A DNA stretch of 64,000 bases from an uncultured Eubacteriales bacterium. GTDB lineage: Bacteria > Bacillota > Clostridia > TANB77 > UBA1234. The stretch covers positions 128,849 through 192,848 of the forward strand of contig CASDSU010000028.1 of assembly GCA_949283575.1 (NCBI GenBank), in the 5' to 3' direction. Position 1 is the stretch's first letter, and each line of letters begins with the position of its first letter. Shown piece by piece: positions 18,697 through 29,047 of the stretch. A model generated the notes under the pieces. That model made no database searches, was not told the DNA's origin, and worked only from the letters and a program-made list of their open reading frames with translations. The translations under genes were made by a program, and so were the position numbers.

Positions 18697-21600
18697 CTAA
18701 TCTAAATCTTCTGGTAATATATTTACAAGTGTATCCTTATCCATTTCTGTCATCATAGAAAGTCTCAACGCCTGATTATTTAACGATCTTTCAAATACAT
18801 TTCTAACATATCTACCATTACCAAATCTCACATCCTGCTTTGCTACTGCAAGTATCATTTTTAACTTTTCTTTCGCTTCTTTTGTCAAATTATATCCATT
18901 TTTTTGATACATTTTATCAGCAATAACCATTAGTTCATCTACTGTATAATCTTCAAATTCTATTACATTTGGGAACCTAGACATAAGTCCCGAATTAACA
19001 TCTAAAAATTCAGTCATCTCTTTACTGTATCCTGCAAGTATTACTACAAGTTTATCACGATTGTCATCCATTAATTTTATTAATGTGTCAATTGCTTCTT
19101 TTCCGAAATCACTATTTCCTCCTTGAGATAACGCATAAGCTTCATCAATAAATAGCACACCATTAAAAGCTTCTTTTACTTTTTCAGTTGTCTTCATAGC
19201 TGTTTGCCCAACGTAGCCAGCAACAAGACCAGCTCTATCTGTTTCAACTAATTTGTCAGTCGAAATAACCCCAAGTTTGTATAGCATATTTGCAACAGCT
19301 CTAGCCATCATGGTTTTTCCTGTACCTGGATTTCCTTTAAAAATCATGTGAAGTGATTGTTCATCATTTACGATTAGTCCCATTTTCTTACGCTCATTCA
19401 TGATTTTTATTCTAGCAGCAAGCATTCTAATGTATTGTTTTACAGATTCTAATCCAATTATGCTATCAAAAATTTGTTCATAATCATATTCACTATTTTC
19501 AGTTTCGTATTTCTTGCCTACATCTTCTGGCAAAATAATATTAATATCATTTAATGCTACATCTTCTAGCATCGCAATTCTTGTACTTTGATTTCTAACA
19601 ATTTCATCAATAAGATTCCTAACCATTCTTCCATTTCCAGAATAAGTAGCTGCTGTTTTCTTCATAAATTCTAATTTTTCAGCGGCAACAGCTCTTGCTT
19701 CATCTGTTATCTGGAACCCTCTCGAGGCAATCATTTTATCAAAAATTTGTGCAAGCTCATCAGCTGTATAATCTGGGAAATCAAGTTTAAGTGGAAATCT
19801 AGATTCTAAACCAGAATTTGCTTTTAAGAAATCACCCATTTCTTTTTCATAGCCTGCAAGTATTACTAAAATTTCTCCTCTATGATCTTCCATAAGTTTT
19901 ATTAATGTGTCAATTGCTTCTCTTCCGAAATCACCATCTCCGCCTTGTGATAACGAATATGCTTCATCAATAAATAATACTCCACCTAGTGCACTATTAA
20001 ACACATCAGTTGTTTTTGGAGCGGTTTGTCCAACATATTCAGCAACTAAATCTGCTCTCGCAACTTCAACAATATGACCTTGTCTTAAAAATCCCATTTC
20101 TTTAAGCATTTGTGAAACAAGCCTTGCTACTGTTGTTTTACCAGTTCCAGGATTTCCTATAAAAATCATATTCAAAGACTGAGTAACATCGGTTGTAACT
20201 CCAAGACTTCTTCTCTTTTCTTGAGCTTTCAAAATATTATATTGATTTCTTAAAAAGTCTTTAACATTATCAAGACCAATTATTTTCGAAAGCGCTTCTT
20301 CTAAATCAAAATTTTCTTTCTTTTCAAGTTCAAAATCTACAAGCTTAATTAATGAATAATCGACTTCATTCTCTTTAACGATTCTAACTGCTTGATTTGC
20401 CATCGCAGATTCCATTACATTTCTAACAAGACGACCGTTTCCATTAGGATTTTTTCCTGTATAAATTTTCGATTCAAAAAATTCTATAAGTGGCTCATAA
20501 CAATTAACATCAATCTTATATTCATTTTGCTTTGCAATATTTTCAGCAATTCGATACATCTCATCAGCGGTATAATCTTTAAAATCAATTATATTTTGAA
20601 ACCTTGATTTAAGTCCGGTTGCTAAGCGAAGCATATCATCCATTTCATCTTTATATCCAGCAAGAATTACAACTAAATTATCTCTATTATCTTCAATCAT
20701 TTTAAGCAAAGTCTCAATTGCTTCTTTTCCATAATCATCCGTTTTTGAATTCAGCAACGAATAAGCTTCGTCAATAAACAGAACTCCTCCAAAAGCTGAT
20801 GCAACGCATTCCCTTGTCATTTGAGCAGTTTCACCAGGATGACTTCCAACTAAATTTGCTCTACTTACTTCTACAAAATGTCCTTTTTCTAGCATCCCAA
20901 GTGCACTCAAATACTCAGCAACAATTCTTGCAATAGTAGTTTTACCTGTACCAGGATTACCTGTAAAAATCATATTAAGCGGAAGTGGCGCAACTCTCAT
21001 TCCCGCACGCTCCCTCATTTTTTGAGCAGTTATATTATCCTCTAAACGATATAAATAATCTTTGACTTCATTAAGTCCAATTATCGAATTAAGTTTAGCT
21101 TTAACAATAGTAAGTCGATTCGAAACCCTCGAATCAGCTGCATTATCTAGCAATAATTTTTCTCCATTAGACTCTATAAAAATTTGCTCATCTTCAACAC
21201 CAATTATATATTGTTGTTTATTACTGATTTTTCCTTTCAATTTATACTCAGAAATTGGTCTAAAAATCCTGTGATCAATTAACAAATTAACACCATTAAT
21301 TCCAGTCGCACTAGAATATGTATTTCTCAAATATTCTTCAAGTGAAAACATATAATCAATATTAATATCTAAATCCTTTTTACATTTTTTCTTAAAATGT
21401 TCTATAAGAGAATTTATCATTTGATTAATTTCTTCTTCAGTAAAATCATTCGCGGTAATAACGTCCTTAATATTTTCTGCAATATCAAGTCCTATTACAT
21501 CTTCAAATTCATGCTCAGGTTTATTTGAAATGAAAACAAAATATTCTCCATTTGTTTTTATCTCAAGAACACCCTTAGGAGTATTAATTTCTATTCTTCC

Positions 21601-22593
21601 ATACTTACACAGGTTCTTAACAAACGTCTTACACGATTCGCTTCCTAGCTCAAAATTCTGAAAAATCATTACTTCTGAACCATCATTAACAGCATCACAA
21701 TATGTATTAACAAAATTTCCAAGAGACTCCTCTTTTTTAAACATTACAAAATCGAAGACTTTTGGCTCACCATTTAAAATCTTTTCCTTTCGCATGTGCA
21801 TAACTAGGTCATCAATTAGATTACTAACAAATACACTTTCATTTGAATAAATTGTAATGATATTTTTCAAGAAATTAGCATCTTGTTGTTTTATGGTATA
21901 TGGTCTTTTAAATGCAAGAACCAAATTACTTACAAAATCTTTTCTCGATATTTTTTCTAAAAGTGATGTCTCTATCTCATCAAAAATTTGATTCAAATCC
22001 TTTTTCTTCTTAGGCTTCTCTTCTTCTTTTTCTGATTCAGGCGAATAGATTGCTTTATACCTTTTTTCATCAATTTTAAAATTAGTTTTGTATAAATCTA
22101 TAAGTTTAACTTGTTCTGCAGTTATTTCTCCACCTTTTTTCATAAAACTAATAATCATTCTAAGTACGCTATCTTCATAAAGCTCTTGCTCTGCAAGCGG
22201 CATGGAAGCGCACGTTTCATCGATAACAGTTTTTAATCTCAAAATATAATTTTTGTTACTTTCATGCCCGCCAAAAGAGAATCCTTTTTTACTTTCTTTT
22301 TTATAAAAATTATATAAATATTCATATTGCTTTTTTGTTAAATTTTGTTTTCTCAAAAAATCATCCAAAAAAGCTACAAACTCTTCTTCTCTTCCCCCCT
22401 CATGAGCACGCGCAATATTGGCAAACAAACCTGTAAAGCAACATGACACCTCAGGTGGCATCTCTTCACTCTTATATAATTTGCCAGCTTGAATACGTAT
22501 TTCATTATTACAAATTGGACAAATCATCGTTGTCTTATTTGAAGAAGTATTTATTTCAGAATTACAGTATGGACATACCGGAATTTTAGCCAT
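18697..22593 (-). CDS. 1298-aa protein: N-terminal zinc ribbon plus three tandem CbxX/SpoVK-type AAA+ ATPase modules
   Basis: CPYCNSEIN...ICPICNNEI zinc ribbon. Three Walker A GNPGTGKT(T/M), three Walker B LFIDEAY(S/A)L, and the VILAGY motif of the CbxX/SpoVK clade repeated three times. Confidence 0.75.
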   Translation of the reverse strand: MAKIPVCPYCNSEINTSSNKTTMICPICNNEIRIQAGKLYKSEEMPPEVSCCFTGLFANIARAHEGGREEEFVAFLDDFLRKQNLTKKQYEYLYNFYKKESKKGFSFGGHESNKNYILRLKTVIDETCASMPLAEQELYEDSVLRMIISFMKKGGEITAEQVKLIDLYKTNFKIDEKRYKAIYSPESEKEEEKPKKKKDLNQIFDEIETSLLEKISRKDFVSNLVLAFKRPYTIKQQDANFLKNIITIYSNESVFVSNLIDDLVMHMRKEKILNGEPKVFDFVMFKKEESLGNFVNTYCDAVNDGSEVMIFQNFELGSESCKTFVKNLCKYGRIEINTPKGVLEIKTNGEYFVFISNKPEHEFEDVIGLDIAENIKDVITANDFTEEEINQMINSLIEHFKKKCKKDLDINIDYMFSLEEYLRNTYSSATGINGVNLLIDHRIFRPISEYKLKGKISNKQQYIIGVEDEQIFIESNGEKLLLDNAADSRVSNRLTIVKAKLNSIIGLNEVKDYLYRLEDNITAQKMRERAGMRVAPLPLNMIFTGNPGTGKTTIARIVAEYLSALGMLEKGHFVEVSRANLVGSHPGETAQMTRECVASAFGGVLFIDEAYSLLNSKTDDYGKEAIETLLKMIEDNRDNLVVILAGYKDEMDDMLRLATGLKSRFQNIIDFKDYTADEMYRIAENIAKQNEYKIDVNCYEPLIEFFESKIYTGKNPNGNGRLVRNVMESAMANQAVRIVKENEVDYSLIKLVDFELEKKENFDLEEALSKIIGLDNVKDFLRNQYNILKAQEKRRSLGVTTDVTQSLNMIFIGNPGTGKTTVARLVSQMLKEMGFLRQGHIVEVARADLVAEYVGQTAPKTTDVFNSALGGVLFIDEAYSLSQGGDGDFGREAIDTLIKLMEDHRGEILVILAGYEKEMGDFLKANSGLESRFPLKLDFPDYTADELAQIFDKMIASRGFQITDEARAVAAEKLEFMKKTAATYSGNGRMVRNLIDEIVRNQSTRIAMLEDVALNDINIILPEDVGKKYETENSEYDYEQIFDSIIGLESVKQYIRMLAARIKIMNERKKMGLIVNDEQSLHMIFKGNPGTGKTMMARAVANMLYKLGVISTDKLVETDRAGLVAGYVGQTAMKTTEKVKEAFNGVLFIDEAYALSQGGNSDFGKEAIDTLIKLMDDNRDKLVVILAGYSKEMTEFLDVNSGLMSRFPNVIEFEDYTVDELMVIADKMYQKNGYNLTKEAKEKLKMILAVAKQDVRFGNGRYVRNVFERSLNNQALRLSMMTEMDKDTLVNILPEDLD

Positions 22594-22735
22594 TTAACAC
22601 ACCATCCTTCTATTTTATATAGTAACATTTTTATAAAAAAGAGTATAGCTATTTTTTAAAAACTATTAAAAAAATGCCATATTTATGATATAATGACCGA
22701 TATTAAAATAATCGTTATTTTTATGGAGATGATTG

Positions 22736-23709
22736 TGAAAAATATGAAACCATTTTTTAGTTTTATTGTTCCTGTTTACAAAGTTGAACAATACTTAAGA
22801 CAATGCGTTGATAGCATACTGTCTCAAGAATATAAAGATTTTGAATTAATATTAGTGGACGATGGTTCACCTGACAATAGTGGCAAAATTTGCGATGAAT
22901 ATGCTAAAAATCATGAAAATGTCTTTGCTTTCCATAAGGAAAATGGAGGACTATCTGACGCTAGAAATTATGGATTAAGTAAGGCTACTGGTGAATATAT
23001 ACTTTTCGTAGATTCTGATGATTTTATTTTTGAAAACTCATTAACTGAAATTGCAAAAATATGTCAAAAATCTAGTGCTGATTTAGTATTTTTAAAAGGT
23101 TTTAAATTTTATGAAAATAATAGCTCTTTAGATGAATTAGACCAAGATATTCATATAGATGATTTTAATAGCAAAGATAAAATATTAAAATATTTAAGTT
23201 CTTTAAATAAGTTTCCCGGAAGTGCTTGTACTAAAGCCATTAAGAGGGAATTTTTAATAAAAAATAATTTAGTCTTTTTAAAAGGTTTACTATCTGAAGA
23301 CATTGATTGGATGATTCGTGTTCTAAAAGAGATTTCATCATGCACTTCTATTAATGTTCCTTACTATTGCTATAGACAAAATAGACTAAATTCAATCTCA
23401 AACTCAATTAGCGCTAAAAATATAAATTCGATTTTAAAAATCATTTCTACTCACGCCATTTTAGATGTTACAAATAAAGAAGATGAATATATTAATAACT
23501 TTTTAGCATATGAATATATGATTCTTATTGCAAATTATGCATCTTTAACCAAAGAAGAAAAAAACAAAGTAGTCTCAGATGTATATGAATATAAATGGTT
23601 ATTAAAATATAAAAACAATTCTAAAGTAAAATTAACATACATAATAAAAAATATTGTAGGAATAAAATTAACTAGTAAACTTCTATACTGCTACTTAAAA
23701 CATAGATAA
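22736..23709 (+). CDS. family 2 glycosyltransferase
   Basis: FSFIVPVYKVEQYL...LILVDDGSPDNS...DSDD motifs (DxD); start either GTG 22736 or ATG 22745. Confidence 0.8.
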
Positions 23710-23748
23710 AACATATTGTCATTCGCAACAAAATAAGGAGAATAAAAT

Positions 23749-24921
23749 ATGAAAAAATTCATCAAAAAAATTATTATAAGATTAAATCTTATTGATATAT
23801 TGGGTATCTTTTTTATAATCTTTAGAGTTTTTCCTATCAAAAACAATAAAATCGTTTTTATTAGTTATTTTGGAAAAGGATATGGCGATAACCCAAAATA
23901 CATTGCTGAAAAACTAATTGATGCAAACAAAAATTATGATTTGGTATGGCTTGTTAATAACACTTCTGATACCGCTTTCCCAGATGAAATAAGAAAAGTT
24001 AAATTACGTAGTCTAAAAGCTTTTTATGAACTTGCAACAGCTAAAGTTTGGGTTAATAACAGTAGATTTCAAACATACATTCTAAAAAGGAAAAAACAAT
24101 ATTACATTCAAACTTGGCATGGTTCTTTAGCTTTGAAAAAGATAGAATATGATGCAGAAGATAAACTTAATGAATATTATAGAAAAGTTATGAAACATGA
24201 TACTAAACAAATTGATTTAATGTTGTCAAATAGTACATTTTGTACAGAAATGTATAAACGAGCTTTTAAATATTCTGGTGAAATTCAAGAATTTGGTTCT
24301 CCTAGAAATGATATTTTAATTCAAGATCATCAAAAATTACGCAATAAAATTATAAACCTTTTCCAAATAAAAGAAGAAAAAATCTTGTTATATGCACCAA
24401 CATTTAGACAAGCATACACAAAAAATCCTTATGATATAGATTTTGAAAATTTGAAAAATGTCTTAGAAAAACAAACTGGTCATACTTGGAAAATAATAAT
24501 TAAGTTACACCCTATAATTGCTACAAAATCTGAATTGATTAACGGTATGGAAAATGTTATTAATGCCTCTAGCTATGGTGATATTCAAGAATTAATATGT
24601 GCATCAGATTTACTAATTACAGATTATTCTTCTACCATGTTTGAAGCAATGATTGCAAATAAACCAGTTGTATTATATGCGAATGATATTGAAAATTATA
24701 ACGAAGAAAGAGGTACATATTTTAATCTACAAGAACTACCTTTCCCGTTATGTGAAAATAATGACGAACTATTTAAGTTATTAAATACTACTAAATTGAA
24801 AGACATTATTAATAGTTATAGCGACTTCAAAAAACAAGTTGGATTAAATGAAACCGGAAAAGCAAGCCAAGAAGTTGCTAATAAAATAATGGAAATAACA
24901 AGTCATGAAAAGAGGAAGTAA
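23749..24921 (+). CDS. CDP-glycerol glycerophosphotransferase (TagB/TagF family)
   Basis: IQTWHGS...LKK signature and C-terminal TagF-like catalytic region; RBS AAGGAGAA. Confidence 0.75.
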   Translation: MKKFIKKIIIRLNLIDILGIFFIIFRVFPIKNNKIVFISYFGKGYGDNPKYIAEKLIDANKNYDLVWLVNNTSDTAFPDEIRKVKLRSLKAFYELATAKVWVNNSRFQTYILKRKKQYYIQTWHGSLALKKIEYDAEDKLNEYYRKVMKHDTKQIDLMLSNSTFCTEMYKRAFKYSGEIQEFGSPRNDILIQDHQKLRNKIINLFQIKEEKILLYAPTFRQAYTKNPYDIDFENLKNVLEKQTGHTWKIIIKLHPIIATKSELINGMENVINASSYGDIQELICASDLLITDYSSTMFEAMIANKPVVLYANDIENYNEERGTYFNLQELPFPLCENNDELFKLLNTTKLKDIINSYSDFKKQVGLNETGKASQEVANKIMEITSHEKRK

Positions 24922-26321
24922 TGAGTAAAAATAGTGAATTAGCTAAAAATACTTTTATAATATTTATTGGAAAATTTTGCACTCAATTCATTTCATTCTT
25001 ATTAATTCCGATATATACAAATCTTTTGCCCACGACAGACTATGGATATATTGATTTAATTCAATCATATATTTCATTATTAGTGCCAATTTTAATATTA
25101 AGACTTGATTCTGGAATTTTTAGATTTTTGATAGATGCAAGAAATAATAATGACGAAAAGAATTCAATTGTAACTAATACTCTTTTCTTCACATTATTGC
25201 AGATAATATTATTTACTGTAATATTTATTGTAATTAATTCGTTCTTTGATATTAAATATGCATTTAATATTGGAATAAATATAATTTTCTTATCTATAGC
25301 CAGTATTTTACTACAACTTACAAGAGGAGTTGGGGATAATATTGGGTACTCTATAGGTAGCATAATATCAGGAGTTTTAACTATTTTGCTTAATATACTT
25401 TTTATAGTAAAATTAGGGAAAGATAGTTCAAGTATTCTTATCGCTTCTGGAATCGCAAATATCATATGTTCATTATTTTTATTTTTTAGAAATAAAGTTT
25501 ATAAAAGTATTAGCATTAAAAATATTAATAAACCTAAACTCAAAAGTATGTTAAATTATTCATTGCCAATGATTCCTGACGGATTATCTTGGTGGATAAT
25601 AAATGTTTCTGACAGAAGCATAATATCTTTTTTTATAAATACAGCAGCTAACGGAATTTATGCTGTATCAAGTAAATTTTCGAATATTTTATCAAGCTTA
25701 TTTCTTATCTTTAACATGTCATGGCAAGAAAGTGCATCTCTACACATAAACGATAAAGATAATGAAGAGTTCTTCGGAAATATTTTTAATACTACCTATA
25801 AAATATTCTTCTCAGCTTGTATTGGTATAATGGTGTTAATGCCTATCGTTTTCGAGTGGCTAATTGGTGATGATTATGTTGAAGCTTATATTTATATTCC
25901 ACTTTTATTATTAGCAAACTTATATAGCGCAGTTGCAAATGTAATCGGTGGTATATACATTGCGAAAAAAAATACTAAATCTGTTGCAAAAACCACCTTA
26001 TTTGCCGCTTTAATTAATCTCGCAATAAATATACTTATGATAAAAAAATTCGGCTTATTTGCCGCAGCTATATCAACTTTATTATCTTATATTGCTTTAG
26101 CAATTTATAGATATATTGATGTTCAAAAATACATAAAATTAAAACTTGATTATCGTATCTTTATTCTAACAATGTTAATCTTTTGTATAAGTGGTGTTTT
26201 ATATTATTTAAATACATTTATATTAAACATTATAAATCTTATATTAACTGTTTCTATTGTTTTAATATTGAATTTAGATATAATAAAAATTTTTATAAAT
26301 AGAGTAAGGAGGAAAATATGA
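24921..26321 (+). CDS. polysaccharide/teichoic-acid flippase (Wzx-like, MOP superfamily)
   Basis: 12-14 predicted TM helices, typical N-terminal region of oligosaccharide flippases; start overlaps upstream stop. Confidence 0.7.
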   Translation: MSKNSELAKNTFIIFIGKFCTQFISFLLIPIYTNLLPTTDYGYIDLIQSYISLLVPILILRLDSGIFRFLIDARNNNDEKNSIVTNTLFFTLLQIILFTVIFIVINSFFDIKYAFNIGINIIFLSIASILLQLTRGVGDNIGYSIGSIISGVLTILLNILFIVKLGKDSSSILIASGIANIICSLFLFFRNKVYKSISIKNINKPKLKSMLNYSLPMIPDGLSWWIINVSDRSIISFFINTAANGIYAVSSKFSNILSSLFLIFNMSWQESASLHINDKDNEEFFGNIFNTTYKIFFSACIGIMVLMPIVFEWLIGDDYVEAYIYIPLLLLANLYSAVANVIGGIYIAKKNTKSVAKTTLFAALINLAINILMIKKFGLFAAAISTLLSYIALAIYRYIDVQKYIKLKLDYRIFILTMLIFCISGVLYYLNTFILNIINLILTVSIVLILNLDIIKIFINRVRRKI

Positions 26322-26755
26322 AAAGAATTCTAACATATGGAACTTTTGACCTACTACATTATGGTCATATAAGATTATTAAAGAGAGCAAAAGAATTAGG
26401 AGATTATTTAATTGTTGCCTTATCAACAGATGAATTTAATGCTATAAAAGGCAAAAAAGCTTATCATGACTACGAAACAAGGAAAAAAATGCTTGAGGCT
26501 ATCAGATATGTTGATTTGATCATTCCAGAAAACAATTGGGAACAAAAAAGAAATGACGTTATAGAATATAAAGTCGATACTGTTGTAATGGGATCTGATT
26601 GGGAAAACAATGAAAATTTTGAATGCTTAAAGGATATTTGCGAAGTTACTTATTTACCTAGAACTGAAGGCGTATCTACTACAAAAATTAAAAAAGATTT
26701 AGGATTACAAGAACAAGAAAATAATGTTAATCAAATTCCTACTCCTTCAAAATAA
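26318..26755 (+). CDS. tagD: glycerol-3-phosphate cytidylyltransferase
   Basis: YGTFDLLHYGHIRLL (HxGH), RYVD, near-colinear with Bacillus TagD; RBS AGGAGGAAAA. Confidence 0.85.
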   Translation: MKRILTYGTFDLLHYGHIRLLKRAKELGDYLIVALSTDEFNAIKGKKAYHDYETRKKMLEAIRYVDLIIPENNWEQKRNDVIEYKVDTVVMGSDWENNENFECLKDICEVTYLPRTEGVSTTKIKKDLGLQEQENNVNQIPTPSK

Positions 26756-26772
26756 TAATTTTTATAAAAAAA

Positions 26773-26812
26773 GAGCGAATATGAGATTCATTCCACATTC
26801 GCTCCTTTTTTT
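26773..26812 (+). terminator. rho-independent terminator after tagD
   Basis: GAGCGAAT...ATTCGCTC stem followed by CTTTTTTTTAT. Confidence 0.5.
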
Positions 26813-26822
26813 ATACATTTGA

Positions 26823-27260
26823 TTATAACTTTTGAATTTTAGTTCTTACCGTCTTTAATTCACGTACTCTATTTTCATATCTTCTACTTAGTGTAGAAAT
26901 TTGCTCTTGATATAATAATTTCAATTCTTCATATTCTTCATTTGTCAGAAGAGTTAAATCATATCCATCTGTTTCATAACGTTTTTGAATTTCAGCAACT
27001 TTTGTTTTTATATCAACATACGTATTTTCAGATGTTTCAACATTTTCTTCTTTATTAATCTCTGCTTGTTTTATTTCCTGTGTTTTATTCTCCACTTCTG
27101 TATTCAAATTCGCTTGCACTAATGCCTCTTCTTTTACCACCGGAATTTCTGTGTTATTAGTCTTCTTCTTTGAAAAAATAGTTTTAAAAAAGTTAGCTAT
27201 TTTAGTAAAAACACTTTCTTTCACAGGTTCTAAATACTTATCTTCTTTTTTGTTATCCAT
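26823..27260 (-). CDS. hypothetical coiled-coil protein
   Basis: RBS AAAAAGGAGAGAGA; K/E-rich. Confidence 0.5.
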   Translation of the reverse strand: MDNKKEDKYLEPVKESVFTKIANFFKTIFSKKKTNNTEIPVVKEEALVQANLNTEVENKTQEIKQAEINKEENVETSENTYVDIKTKVAEIQKRYETDGYDLTLLTNEEYEELKLLYQEQISTLSRRYENRVRELKTVRTKIQKL

Positions 27261-27286
27261 TAGTCTCTCTCCTTTTTCTTTCGTAA

Positions 27287-27460
27287 TTATCTACTTTCGC
27301 TTTTATTTAATCCTAGTTCTTGTTCCATCTGTTTTAAATCTTCTTTCGCCAAAGTAAGTTCACCATCTATCATTTTATTTCTTTCAATCAATTCTGTCTT
27401 TTGAGCATATAAATCAGCAATTTCCTCATTTCTATCTACTACATCCATATTATCATTCAT
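27287..27460 (-). CDS. 57-aa coiled-coil small protein (not in ORF track)
   Basis: ATG at 27460 with RBS AAAAAGGAGAAG; MNDNMDVVDRNEEIADLYAQKTELIERNKMIDGELTLAKEDLKQMEQELGLNKSESR. Confidence 0.4.
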   Translation of the reverse strand: MNDNMDVVDRNEEIADLYAQKTELIERNKMIDGELTLAKEDLKQMEQELGLNKSESR

Positions 27461-27560
27461 AACGCTTCTCCTTTTTATCTTTTTAATCTACTTTTAATTT
27501 ATCATACTATAAAAATGCTTACAAGAAAAATAAAATCAATTATTTTTACTCAATATAAAT

Positions 27561-27764
27561 TTGTGTTATAATATCCTTATTAAAAACATAGGAATAATAT
27601 ATGCAATTCTTTTTGGAATCATGTTATTTGTCGCTATAGATAATAATAAACAGTTAAGAGTTGAAGTTCCTGACTATATCTATTCAACATTGCAAATCAA
27701 CGATGAAGTTACTCTATATGCAGTAAGTTCTGAATATAAATTATTACTTACTAAAAAAGTATAA
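27561..27764 (+). CDS. possible small membrane protein (67 aa)
   Basis: ORF only; weak. Confidence 0.2.
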   Translation: MCYNILIKNIGIIYAILFGIMLFVAIDNNKQLRVEVPDYIYSTLQINDEVTLYAVSSEYKLLLTKKV

Positions 27765-27768
27765 AAGT

Positions 27769-27803
27769 AAAAAACAAGTCCCTAAAAAGGGACTTGTTTC
27801 ATT
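27769..27803. terminator. bidirectional terminator
   Basis: AACAAGTCCC-TAAAAA-GGGACTTGTT perfect 10-bp stem flanked by A/T runs. Confidence 0.6.
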
Positions 27804-28468
27804 TAAAAATATAAAATCATTTGTGGTAATACCGCAATAAAATTATTCAAACTATGCATTGATATAGAAACCCAAATGTTATCTGTTTCATAATAACGAT
27901 AACCATAATAAATCGGTCTCATCATATAAAACCATACGTAATGAAAGGCATTTGGATCATCAATCACATGCATTGCTGCAAACATAGTAGAAGAAAAAAT
28001 AATATATACATATTTATTTTTTATGAATTTCCGAGGCAACAGCCTAAAAATGTATTCTTCAATAATAGGTCCAAAAACAATTATCACCAAAGAATAAAAT
28101 ATTGGTGAACTTCCAAAATCCGAATCAATACTTGCTTGATTTACCGGCGTTCCAACCACAAAAAGCTCAGTAATAAGACAAGTTATTATAAGGATAGGAA
28201 TAAACATTGCAATTTCTTTCACAATCAACTTTATTTTATTTTCCTTCTTTTTAGGACTCAAACTGTCATTCGTTATTTCGTATAAACAAATAACATACCA
28301 TAAAATAACAGCTGTAAATTGTATAATTCCCAAAATCACTTCGGTAACACTTGGCATATCAAACTCTAGAATCCAAAAGATAATTGAGAAATATACCAAA
28401 AATGCCAAAACACTTTTGGTTTTTTCTTTTTTTAAGAACCTCAAAAAACGTTCCATCAAAGATGTCAT
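27803..28468 (-). CDS. CPBP family intramembrane metalloprotease (CAAX/Abi)
   Basis: EExxxR (IIEEYIFRLLPR), FxxxH (FAAMHV), HxxxN (HSLNNF) motifs in TM helices. Confidence 0.75.
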   Translation of the reverse strand: MTSLMERFLRFLKKEKTKSVLAFLVYFSIIFWILEFDMPSVTEVILGIIQFTAVILWYVICLYEITNDSLSPKKKENKIKLIVKEIAMFIPILIITCLITELFVVGTPVNQASIDSDFGSSPIFYSLVIIVFGPIIEEYIFRLLPRKFIKNKYVYIIFSSTMFAAMHVIDDPNAFHYVWFYMMRPIYYGYRYYETDNIWVSISMHSLNNFIAVLPQMILYF

Positions 28469-28550
28469 TCAAATTCCTCCTATTAAATCTTCCAAACTCA
28501 ACCCTTCGCACTTGATCTTTTAGATTCGAACTTTTTATTCTTACCTTACT

Positions 28551-28585
28551 AAAAAAAACATCATCCAGAAGGATGATGTTTTTTG
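28551..28585 (-). terminator. terminator downstream of tRNA-Gln(CTG)
   Basis: AACATCATCC-AGAA-GGATGATGTT stem with flanking A/T runs, immediately 3' of the tRNA. Confidence 0.55.
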
Positions 28586-28661
28586 GTGGCTCGGGTGGTA
28601 GGATTCGAACCCACGTACTGTCAGAGTCAGAGTCTGATGCCTTACCGCTTGGCGACACCCG
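28586..28661 (-). tRNA. tRNA-Gln (anticodon CTG)
   Basis: Reverse complement folds: acceptor TCGGGTG/CACCCGA, D-loop AGCGGTAA, anticodon stem TCAGA/TCTGA with loop CTCTGAC, T-loop TTCGAAT, CCA encoded. Confidence 0.8.
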
Positions 28662-29047
28662 AATTTCTACCACTCAATATTACCAAATTAGTCACTGTCT
28701 TTGCAATACTTTTTCTGCTTTTTCATCCAATATTGTTTTCAAGCAGAAGAATTATATTTGAGGAGTTATCGGCAGATAGAAACCATCACCATCATTTACC
28801 TCGATCAAAAATGTTTTATTTACAAACCAAATCCCATGTTAGATTGAACAATCATATTGTAAAATTCCCTTCCATCGACCACCTTGAGATGAGAGTTCAT
28901 AAAAAGGTATTTGCTCTTGATGTCCACCAAATATCAGAGCATACAACGAGTCACCAGCGTCATCTGCTATCTGTTCCTTGTGCTTTTGCCCTTTTCATGA
29001 TAAAATGATTGCAGAATTATGGTAACTTCTGATTTAAAGGAGGATTT

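Noticed and set aside
28359-29008. ORFs 28359..28673 (-) and 28583..29008 (+)
   Set aside because: They overlap the tRNA-Gln(CTG) gene and its terminator, with no RBS; spurious.
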